From assembly GCA_963798485.1 (NCBI GenBank), contig CAWCTR010000021.1, positions 96,001-160,000 of the forward strand: DNA of 64,000 bases. The letters are read 5' to 3'. Shown here in pieces: positions 1 through 9,018 of the stretch. A program made the translations under genes and the position numbers. Within the stretch, counting starts at the first letter, position 1. Every line of letters starts with the position of its first letter. The notes below the pieces were generated by a model. It worked only from the letters and a program-made list of their open reading frames with translations. It did not search any database and was not told where the DNA came from. The stretch is from an uncultured delta proteobacterium. GTDB taxonomy: Bacteria > Desulfobacterota > Desulfomonilia > UBA1062.

Positions 1-20
1 ATACCGAGTATGGAACACAT
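1..20 (-). CDS. 5' end of a gene running out of the window, possibly a class II (Ntn) glutamine amidotransferase
   Basis: Minus strand reads AAGGA-N6-ATG TGT TCC ATA CTC GGT (MCSILG), resembling the Met-Cys N-terminus of Ntn amidotransferases; only 6 codons are visible. Confidence 0.4.
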
Positions 21-99
21 GTCGTATCCTTCATTTGTTGTAGGTTACTTTCAAGGAGACTATAAGTATTTATTATGCCACGCAAGCGATTTCTACAGA

Positions 100-2594
100 T
101 CAGCTTATCCGATTGCTGCTCTGGCGTTCACCAAGCTTTTCAATTGCATTGGTAATCTCGACTACTATTCGAAAATCCAGTTCCTCATCGGTAATCTTCT
201 CGCCGAACTCATCAACTACATAGAATACATCCGTGCATGGGTCACCGGTGTGGGATAGGAATGCCCGGTGTATATTAAGACCCAGCTTTGCAATTGCCTG
301 GGCTACATGAAAGAGAAGGCCGAACCTTTGCGGTGCATGCACATCGATTATGGTAAAGAAGTCTGAACTGTCATTGTCCAGATTGACAACAGGGATAGAT
401 GAAGAGAGGATCGTTGATCCATTTTTAAGCGGCTTTGTTGAGGAGATCCGATCATTGATATCAAACTGATCTTTTGCTGCAAGTTTGAACTGCTCGCTGA
501 TCTTTCCCCAGTTTGCATAATTCTTCCAAGGGGTAAGGACCGTGAACTCATCTACCGCTATGCCGTCAAGCCAGGTAAAGATCTTTGCAGAGACAATGTC
601 CAGGTGATTGATAGTGAATATCCCCGTTAGCATGGCAAACAGGCCGGGCCTGTCCCGGGTTATGATGGTAACGGCAGCATGCTCACCCTTGGCCTGGACA
701 TCTACCATGATTTCGTCCTTATTCTTCAACGCACCGCTTAGTTCGAGATGGTGTTTAATATCAAAGAACTCGGTATGGAGGATATAGGCCTGCGGCAGCA
801 CCCATAACCTTCCACCCTGACGGGATTTCTGCTCGGTGGGCACCTCTGATATGAGCCGGTTCCATCTCTCTTCAAGTATGGTCATGTTATTCGGATCTCT
901 CAATATGCCGCGCTGCAGGCTGTGGGCGGCCTTTATGAAAAGCTCGCGCAGCAGGGATGCCTTCCATTCATCCCATGCGCGGGGACCTGTGGCGCGTGCA
1001 TCGGCAACACTGATGAGATAAAGCATGGCCAGGACCTGTTCATTTTGAGCCAGCCTTGCACAATCAAGGGCCACCTTTTCCTCGGAGAGGTCCCTCCTAT
1101 AAGCTGTGTCGGGCAAGAGGAGATGATGAGCGCACAAGGAAATCAACAAGCTCCGCACGCTGGTGTGAAAATCCGAACCGTTTCGCAATATTCCCTGCTA
1201 ACAGGGGCACCGGTAATGGCATGTGGTCTACCCAATCCTTTGCCGATGTCGTGGAGGAGTGCGGCGAGATACAGCACCTCTTTATCCTCAACTGCAGCAA
1301 ATAGATTCGATTCTTCCTTTTCAAGTGCATTGAGCTCATCAACGGTTTTTATGCTGTGCACATCAGTAGTATAGGTATGGTAGACATCGAAGTGTGTACG
1401 GCCCTTGATGGACCCGAACTCGGGGATGAGTCGCTCGAGTACACCGGTTTCAAGCATAGCGGTCAGCGCCATGGCAGGATACTTACCGCTCATGATCTTA
1501 AAAAAGGTCTCTTTGGCCTCTATGCTGTCCCGTTCATGGTCCAGTTGAGAAAGGGAGTTCCGCACATGATGCCGGGTCTCGATGGACATGGCAGCGCCGA
1601 GTGATGATATGTGCGAGAATACCTTGAAGATCAACTCCGACCTATCCGGGATTTTTCCCTGACCGCAAAAGCTGATCTGGCCGGAGGTGAGCCTGAAATC
1701 TTGGTCCAGAAGGACATCACCTTTACTGCTCCTGAGGCCAAATGCAAGATAATACTGAGAAAGAACGGCCTCTGATATGGATTTCACCGTCAGGGCGCTG
1801 CTGTGGAACTGCTTCATGAGCAGCTCGGCTGCTGATTCATACCCAGTGTCTCGATAGCCCATTTTCGAGGCCAATGGTCCTTGATACTCAAAATACAACC
1901 GGTCATTCTTTCTGCCGGACATTTCATGAAGATCATAGCGTATTGTAAGGAGATGATCCAGGGCGGCATCAAGCTCATCTTTGTCTACCTGGCTGAAATA
2001 CGAAGGGAGAGAGCGCCCTTTCGGGTCGGAAGATGCAACTTTGATTACCCACATAAGGCTGTGGTAATCTCTCAAACTTCCATAGCCTTCCTTTATGTCG
2101 GGCTCGAGGTAATAAGAGGCATCCCCACACTTGGTATGACGTTTTTCCATGTGTGCATTGAGGTCTAAAAGGAAACCTTTCGTATCTCTCAAGCGCTTTT
2201 CTTTACTCATTGCATGGATCATTTCATTGAAGAGCTCCTTGGATCCACAGACAAATCGCACATCGAGCAAGGATGTGCGGAAGAAGAAGTCATCTTTTGT
2301 ATCCCGTATGACCTGCTTTACTGTGCGTACACTATAACTTACGGTATAACCCTCATCCCATAAGGGGTACATCATATCCTGCAGGGCCTTTTCTATATCC
2401 GTATGGGCTGTTCTGCGATGAGCAAGAAGCAACAGGTCGATATCCGAGAAAGGGCAGAGGTCATTCCTGCCGTATCCTCCTATGGCAACGATTGACCATT
2501 GCGGCTTGCTCATGCCGAACCTGGTTTCGAAAAGACGGGAAATGGTCCTGTCAGTCTTTTGGGAAAGCTCTAAACAAAGGCTTCTTCCGTCCAT
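100..2594 (-). pseudogene. glnD: PII uridylyltransferase GlnD interrupted by two +1 frameshifts (real lesion or assembly error)
   Basis: NTase motif AIGGYGR..PFSDIDL, EPDIKE, HD-domain LLHDIGKG in 1143..2594; middle frame IAKRFGF..ELVDFLVR in 1097..1342; HHLLL..RRDL, ADARATGP and two ACT domains in 100..1188. Confidence 0.88.
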
Positions 2595-2608
2595 GTTCTT
2601 AAAGTGTA

Positions 2609-2950
<342 letters not shown>

Positions 2951-2965
2951 TCACCTCTATTGTTT

Positions 2966-2985
2966 GTAGGAGCGGCTTTAGCCGC
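2966..2985 (+). repeat. REP-like element (GTAG plus hairpin), copy 1
   Basis: GTAG-GA-GCGGCT-TT-AGCCGC between amtB and the PII gene; second copy at 41654..41673. Confidence 0.7.
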
Positions 2986-3035
2986 TATTTTGTAAATATT
3001 CTAATTCCTTTTTTCCCGTATCATGTGCCTGGCGC

Positions 3036-4241
3036 CTATCTGAGGTAATACCCTGCCTCGCCGTGCATGCTCTGATCAAGGCCGACCTCTTCTTCATCCT
3101 CTTCAACCCTCAGACCTGTGATCCTTTTCACGACGAACAGGATTATGCCGGTCATGATGGCGGAGAATACGATTGCAGTACCGCATGCTATCAACTGCAC
3201 AACGAGCTGATGCGGATTACCATAGAAGAGACCGGTCCCGCCTACAGAAGCAAACAGCCCGGTTGCGATCGCTCCCCACAGACCGCCTACCCCATGGACA
3301 CCCACGACATCGAGTGAATCATCATAGCCGAACTTCTCTTTGGCAAGCACGGCAAAATAACAGATCGTTCCTGCCACAATTCCGATAATCATAGCCGGCA
3401 ACGGCGTGACAAAACCCGAAGCCGGAGTGATGGCCACCAGACCGGCAACCGCGCCAGAGGCAAAACCTAATGTTGTGGGCTTCTTTCTGATGATCTTCTC
3501 ACAAATGATCCATGAAAGCGCTGCCGTAGCGGTTGCTACCTGCGTAGCGAAGAATGCGACCGCAGCTGTTCCGTTGGCGGCAACAGCACTACCGGCATTG
3601 AAACCGAACCATCCAAACCAGAGAAGACCTGCCCCGAGCATGGTCATGGTGAGGTTGTGGGGATAGATCGGCCCCTGATGATAACCTTTCCTTTTCCCCA
3701 TGATGAGTACGGCTACCAGCGCTGCAACCCCTGCGTTGAGGTGGATGACCGTCCCTCCTGCAAAGTCAAGGGCCCCCATCTTTGCAAGCCAGCCCCCACC
3801 CCATACCCAGTGGCACAGCGGGAAGTACACAAAGCTTGACCAGAGAATGGTAAAAAGTACAAAAGCCGAGAACTTCATGCGCTCTGCAAAGGCTCCCGTG
3901 ATGAGTGCCGGGGTAATGATGGCGAACATGAGCTGGAATGCGCAGTAAATAAGATGGGGAACCGTGCTCGAATACGGCCCAGGTTTCACCCCAACCCCGG
4001 CAAGGCCCAGCCAGTCAAGAGATCCGATAAGTCCGCCCTGGTCCGGCCCAAAGGATAGACTGTATCCGAAAATCACCCAGAGAACGGATACGATACCCAG
4101 GCACATGAAACTCTGCATTATAGTTCCAAGGACATTCTTAGTACGTACCATCCCTCCGTAAAACAGACCGAGGCCCGGTGTCATGAGCATGACGAGCGCC
4201 GTTGCAACAAGCATCCAAGCTGTATCCCCTGAATTGACCAT
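3036..4241 (-). CDS. amtB: Ammonium transporter
   Basis: GDTAWML, FQLMFAIIT, DFAGGTVIH, WFGWFGFNAGS, DDSLDVVGVHG (both pore His); ATG 4241 follows SD AAAGGGGG. Confidence 0.97.
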   Translation of the reverse strand: MVNSGDTAWMLVATALVMLMTPGLGLFYGGMVRTKNVLGTIMQSFMCLGIVSVLWVIFGYSLSFGPDQGGLIGSLDWLGLAGVGVKPGPYSSTVPHLIYCAFQLMFAIITPALITGAFAERMKFSAFVLFTILWSSFVYFPLCHWVWGGGWLAKMGALDFAGGTVIHLNAGVAALVAVLIMGKRKGYHQGPIYPHNLTMTMLGAGLLWFGWFGFNAGSAVAANGTAAVAFFATQVATATAALSWIICEKIIRKKPTTLGFASGAVAGLVAITPASGFVTPLPAMIIGIVAGTICYFAVLAKEKFGYDDSLDVVGVHGVGGLWGAIATGLFASVGGTGLFYGNPHQLVVQLIACGTAIVFSAIMTGIILFVVKRITGLRVEEDEEEVGLDQSMHGEAGYYLR

Positions 4242-4279
4242 GTTATATCCCCCTTTCATGAGTTATGACTCAGTGTCAT

Positions 4280-4295
4280 AGCAATAGGGGGGCCA
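4280..4295 (-). promoter_or_regulatory. Sigma54 -24/-12 promoter for amtB-PII-glnD
   Basis: TGGCCCCCCTATTGCT, exact GG-N10-GC spacing, about 40 nt upstream of the amtB ATG. Confidence 0.75.
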
Positions 4296-4488
4296 TCCAG
4301 GATGATTATTGATATCCTATTGATATCAAAAAGCTAAATACAATTATCACTGATTTTGAAGGACACATAATTGTTTATAAGCAGATATAGTGGTACCAAA
4401 TTGAATAAAATTGATGTACATGTACCAATATTGTATATATTGAAGGTAACAAATATACTTGATTGACACCAAACCTGGGAGAATAGAC

Positions 4489-6009
4489 ATGATGCCGTTC
4501 TGTTACGAAGACCTTGAAGTGCTGCACGACCTGGCAAAGATACTTGCAACCACGGTTGATCTGAGGGAACAGCTTGAGAAGGTGCTCAACGAGCTGAGCT
4601 CCGGAACAGGTATGAACAGGGCTATGATCTCCATACTTGACCGTGATACGGGAATGGCCATCCTTGATGTAGCGCATGGTGTTGAAATCGATGGTCTGGA
4701 TATAACCTATATGCCCGGCGAGGGTATCACCGGTCAGGTGGCCCAGACCGGCAAGCCCATGGTCATCACCAACCTTGGCAAGGATAAACATTTTCTCGAC
4801 CGGACCGGTGCCCGTCGGGGGCTCAACCAGTCTGAGCTCTCATTCCTGTGCGTCCCGATTATATATGACGATAAGGTTGTGGGGGTTCTTTCAGCAGACA
4901 AGGTTGCCCGGGAGGTTGACAACCAGGAGTATGAGCTGCAGCTCTTAGGCGAGGTGGCTGAGCTTATTGCCAAGGCGGTACATATGCGGGCCATTGAGGA
5001 GGAGAACCGCAGGCTGCGGAATATACTAGGTAAAACCCAGAGACCCTCTGATGACATCATAGGCAATTCCAAAACCATGAAGGAAGTCTTTGGTCTTATT
5101 TCACAAGTAGCCGATTCCGGCACCACAGTGTTCATCCATGGAGAGACCGGCACGGGAAAAGAACTCGTGGCACGTGCCATTCACAAGAACAGCCCCAGGG
5201 AAAAAGGGCCTTTTGTAGAAGTAAACTGTGCGGCAATGCCGGATACCCTTATTGAGAGTGAGTTGTTTGGGCATGAAAGGGGGGCCTTCACAGGGGCGAA
5301 TCAGAAAAGGCGCGGGCGTTTCGAGGAAGCAAACGGCGGGACTATCTTCCTTGACGAGGTAGGAGAGCTTTCCCCTTTGGCCCAGGCCAAACTTTTAAGG
5401 GTGATTCAGGAAAGGCAATTTCAACCCCTTGGCTCAAACAGCATGGTCAAGGTAAATGTGAGGATAATTACCGCTACGAACAGTGATCTGGCCCAGGATG
5501 TCGCCTCAGGGAAATTCAGATCGGACCTTTATTACAGGCTTAACGTTTTTCCCATCTACATGCCTCCTCTGCGGGATAGGGGAGGGGATGTTATCCTGCT
5601 CTCAGACTACTTTGTTGAGAAATACTCGAAGCAGTTCAAGAAATCTATAAAACGCATTTCCACCCCGGCCATAGACCTTCTGCTCGCATATCACTGGCCC
5701 GGCAATGTGAGAGAGCTTGAAAACTGCCTTGAAAGGGCGGTTCTCATCACCAGGAATGATACCATTGACAGCATGCATCTTCCCCCCTCCCTGCAAATGA
5801 AGGTGGCTATCCCTGAAAGGAAAGAGCATGGCAAGCTGACAAGCCTGGTAAACATATACGAACGGTCATTAATCATTGATGCGATGAAGACCGCCAAAGG
5901 CAACCAAAGCCAGGCAGCCAGACTTCTCGGTACGACCAAGCGCATTATCCAATATAAGGTTGAGAAGTACTCCATTGATACAAAGAGGTTTAAATTAAAA
6001 AAGACATAA
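4489..6009 (+). CDS. NifA-like sigma54 enhancer-binding protein (GAF-AAA+-Fis HTH)
   Basis: N-terminal GAF (PGEGITG, SFLCVPI), Walker A GETGTGKE, ESELFGH, GAFTGA, FLDEVG, WPGNVREL, GNQSQAARLLG; ATG 4489 after GGGAG (ORF open from 4459). Confidence 0.93.
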   Translation: MMPFCYEDLEVLHDLAKILATTVDLREQLEKVLNELSSGTGMNRAMISILDRDTGMAILDVAHGVEIDGLDITYMPGEGITGQVAQTGKPMVITNLGKDKHFLDRTGARRGLNQSELSFLCVPIIYDDKVVGVLSADKVAREVDNQEYELQLLGEVAELIAKAVHMRAIEEENRRLRNILGKTQRPSDDIIGNSKTMKEVFGLISQVADSGTTVFIHGETGTGKELVARAIHKNSPREKGPFVEVNCAAMPDTLIESELFGHERGAFTGANQKRRGRFEEANGGTIFLDEVGELSPLAQAKLLRVIQERQFQPLGSNSMVKVNVRIITATNSDLAQDVASGKFRSDLYYRLNVFPIYMPPLRDRGGDVILLSDYFVEKYSKQFKKSIKRISTPAIDLLLAYHWPGNVRELENCLERAVLITRNDTIDSMHLPPSLQMKVAIPERKEHGKLTSLVNIYERSLIIDAMKTAKGNQSQAARLLGTTKRIIQYKVEKYSIDTKRFKLKKT

Positions 6010-6175
6010 ATGTATCAATTGAACCCTTCTGCACAATAATGATTTGTTATACGTGCCGTACTTTCGCAATAAATTATTCTAAAAAAGTGTATTCATAAAT
6101 AATTTTGTATGTAACTAACAATGATTAAATAAGAAACCCCCAATAAATGATGAACTGCGATGTATCCTTGAATCG

Positions 6176-6191
6176 TGGCATGGTTTTGGCT
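6176..6191 (+). promoter_or_regulatory. Sigma54 -24/-12 promoter for the glutamate synthase operon
   Basis: TGGCATGGTTTTGGCT, GG-N10-GC, 40 nt upstream of ATG 6232, preceded by an AT-rich upstream region. Confidence 0.75.
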
Positions 6192-6231
6192 ATCTTATAA
6201 TATAAAAAGATCATAAATAGGAGGACCGACA

Positions 6232-7362
6232 ATGTGCCGTCTGTTTGCCATGACCAGTGAAGAACCGAAATCACCTCTGGTGGCATTACAGGCCTTGGAT
6301 GTGATGAAGGAAGGCCATGACGGCTCCGGTGTGGGAATATTCATGACTGATCTGGGTGGAGACCTGGAGCAGTTCAAGGGTTCGCCTATTCTTTCAGGGA
6401 TCTTCTCCCAGGAAGGAATCAAAAGGCTGGACCGGTATATGATGGAGCTTGGCCTGCTTACTAAATTCAAATTCTCCATACGCCCATCCAAAAAGCCCCC
6501 TGAAGGGACACCGAAGCGGGATGTCTATCTCGTCCGTGTATATGAGTATCCCTATGAATGGGATGGGCTCTCGATCTCTGAAATAGAAAATCGTCTTATG
6601 CAGATAAGGGTTGATCTCAGGAAAATGGGTGAGGAAGACCAGTCCATAGTGATCTTTTCCTTCTGGCCCGATGTGATCATGATCAAAGAGGTTGGAGACC
6701 CCATGGACATAGCTGAATACCTCGGTCTCGACCTTAAGGGTCTCAAGGCGAGAATTATCCTTGCCCAAGGCAGACAGAACACGAATTACGATATTACCCT
6801 GTATGCCTGCCACCCGTTTTTTATTCAGGGTTTCGCAACCATGACCAATGGTGAGAACACGGCGTTTATCCCTAACAAGGAGTATCTCATCTCCAGGGGA
6901 ATTCCAGGATACATGGGCTACCAATCGGATTCCGAGGTATTTACCCATATCCTCCATTATACACAGAATGTTCTTGGTCTCGGGCTTCAAGAGTATAAGC
7001 ACATCATAACACCTCTGAGGGATGAAGAACTCGTAAGGCATCCCGACGGATCTTTTTTGCGAAAGCTCAAACATTCTTGCAGGTTCCTCACTATTGACGG
7101 GCCGAACTGCATCATTGGGTGCCTTCCAAACAAGACACTTTTTATGGTCCAGGACAGCAAGAAGCTCAGGCCCGGGATAGTGGGAGGGAAGCCCGGCATG
7201 TTCGCCTTCTCTTCAGAGATGTGCGGCTTGGATAAAGCAATACCCGGCCACGAAAGGATCTCTGAGTTTCAGCCCATGAAGTATGATGTGGCGTATGTTG
7301 ACTCTGCGCGTTCAGAGGTAAAGAAATGGAATCAATGGGAAACCTGCACCCCTCTTCATTAA
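6232..7362 (+). CDS. Split glutamate synthase, class II amidotransferase subunit (GltB1-like)
   Basis: MCRLFA N-terminal Cys, GHDGSG, QGRQNTN, ACHPF, NGEN, SDSE, LRPG; strong SD AGGAGG. Confidence 0.85.
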   Translation: MCRLFAMTSEEPKSPLVALQALDVMKEGHDGSGVGIFMTDLGGDLEQFKGSPILSGIFSQEGIKRLDRYMMELGLLTKFKFSIRPSKKPPEGTPKRDVYLVRVYEYPYEWDGLSISEIENRLMQIRVDLRKMGEEDQSIVIFSFWPDVIMIKEVGDPMDIAEYLGLDLKGLKARIILAQGRQNTNYDITLYACHPFFIQGFATMTNGENTAFIPNKEYLISRGIPGYMGYQSDSEVFTHILHYTQNVLGLGLQEYKHIITPLRDEELVRHPDGSFLRKLKHSCRFLTIDGPNCIIGCLPNKTLFMVQDSKKLRPGIVGGKPGMFAFSSEMCGLDKAIPGHERISEFQPMKYDVAYVDSARSEVKKWNQWETCTPLH

Positions 7363-8960
7363 GCATTCGCGATTTGCTATGGCGGGTACTGTGGGATAAA
7401 GAAAAATGCACCCTGTGCGGCAAGTGCACTGCAGTCTGCCCGGTGCGTGCCATTGAGCTGGGGGTACATCGCAAGCGTACTCTTGACATACAAATCGGTC
7501 TCACAACGACACCATCCAACCTCCTAACGGTATATCACGGCATAGATCAGGTAACAGACCCCTTACATGCCTGTATCGGATGCGGTATGTGCACGTATGT
7601 ATGCCCTAACAGCGCAATATTTCCCGTTCGAGACGACGAGATTGACAAGCTCAGATTCCATCTCAACAAGGGAGGTGAACCGAGGCGCAGGGGCGGGAGA
7701 AGAAATGATTCAGGGGGCATCCTTGACCGCATAAAGTTCATCAGGATCTCCATGCTCACCGACCCTGCCTTGGATGCCGGCCGTCATGAGTTCGAAGTGA
7801 GAACGCTGCTCGGAAGGATCCTCCCTCCGGAGGACTCTATAAAGGCTACAGCTAAAAATGAATGGATCCCACCTGTACGAGAGATCTACCCCCTCATAAT
7901 AGGCAGCATGTCTTTTGGCGCCCTGTCTCCCAATATGTGGGAAGGGCTCCAGATGGGTGTTGCATATCTCAACGAGGAGCTTGGTATGCCGGTAAGGATG
8001 TGCACAGGGGAGGGAGGTTGTCCCCCGCGCCTTTTGAAATCGAGATTCATCAAGTATGTCATCCTCCAGATTGCCAGCGGCTATTTCGGATGGGATGAGA
8101 TCCTGCATGCCCTGCCGGAGATGAAGGAAGATCCTTGCGCTATCGAGATAAAGTATGGACAGGGGGCTAAACCCGGGGATGGCGGCCTCCTCATGTGGTA
8201 CAAGGTCAACAAGCTCATCGCTGCCATACGCGGGGTGCCTGAGGGTATAAACCTGCCGTCACCCCCTACACATCAGACCAAATATTCCATAGAGGAAGCG
8301 GTGGCAAAGATGATACAGTCAATGTATATGGCATGGGGATTCAGGGTGCCGGTGTACCCGAAGATTTCAGCCACCACCACTTCATTGGCCGTTCTGAACA
8401 ATCTAGCTCGAAACCCTTATGCTGCGGGCCTGGCCATTGATGGAGAGGATGGTGGCACCGGGGCGGCTTACAACGTATCCATGAATCACATGGGTCATCC
8501 CATCGCAAGCAACATCAGGGACGCCTACTTGAACCTCGTCAAGATCGGCAAGCAGAACGAGATCCCCTTGTTTGCAGGGGGAGGTATCGGCAAGAACGGA
8601 AATTTGGCAGCCAATGCTGCAGCGCTTATTATGCTGGGTGCAAGCGGAGTTCAGGTAGGAAAATACATCATGCAGGCAGCAAGCGGTTGCGTAGGTTCCG
8701 AAGGAGATCGATGCAACATCTGCAACATGGACCTATGCCCCAAGGGCATCACTTCGCAAGATCCCCGCCTCTATCGCAGGCTGGATCCCGAGGATGTTGC
8801 ACAGAGGTTGGTGGACATATATAAAAGCTTCGATTCTGAACTCAAGAAGATCCTTGCGCCGCTTGGCAGGTCAACAGCCCTGCCCATAGGCATGTCTGAT
8901 GCCATTGGCATCGACGACCGTGAAGTGGCGGATCGCTTGGGCTTACGGTATGTTGTATAG
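7326..8960 (+). CDS. Split glutamate synthase, FMN-binding subunit with N-terminal 2x[4Fe-4S] ferredoxin domain (GltB2-like)
   Basis: Two CxxCxxCxxxCP motifs, MSFGALS, TGEGG, QIASG, EIKYGQGAKPGDGG, GGTGAA, C-terminal Cys cluster CPKGITSQDP. Confidence 0.9.
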   Translation: MESMGNLHPSSLSIRDLLWRVLWDKEKCTLCGKCTAVCPVRAIELGVHRKRTLDIQIGLTTTPSNLLTVYHGIDQVTDPLHACIGCGMCTYVCPNSAIFPVRDDEIDKLRFHLNKGGEPRRRGGRRNDSGGILDRIKFIRISMLTDPALDAGRHEFEVRTLLGRILPPEDSIKATAKNEWIPPVREIYPLIIGSMSFGALSPNMWEGLQMGVAYLNEELGMPVRMCTGEGGCPPRLLKSRFIKYVILQIASGYFGWDEILHALPEMKEDPCAIEIKYGQGAKPGDGGLLMWYKVNKLIAAIRGVPEGINLPSPPTHQTKYSIEEAVAKMIQSMYMAWGFRVPVYPKISATTTSLAVLNNLARNPYAAGLAIDGEDGGTGAAYNVSMNHMGHPIASNIRDAYLNLVKIGKQNEIPLFAGGGIGKNGNLAANAAALIMLGASGVQVGKYIMQAASGCVGSEGDRCNICNMDLCPKGITSQDPRLYRRLDPEDVAQRLVDIYKSFDSELKKILAPLGRSTALPIGMSDAIGIDDREVADRLGLRYVV

Positions 8961-9018
8961 AAAAGAAAACCAGACGAGATACTCATGGAATTATAGGAAA
9001 TCACTTTAGGTATTCACA

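Noticed and set aside
1120-1210. Programmed frameshifting in glnD
   Set aside because: It would need two successive +1 shifts, and no slippery heptamer or stimulatory structure is evident
4330-4460. Canonical NifA UAS TGT-N10-ACA
   Set aside because: No correctly spaced match found by eye in either flanking intergenic region
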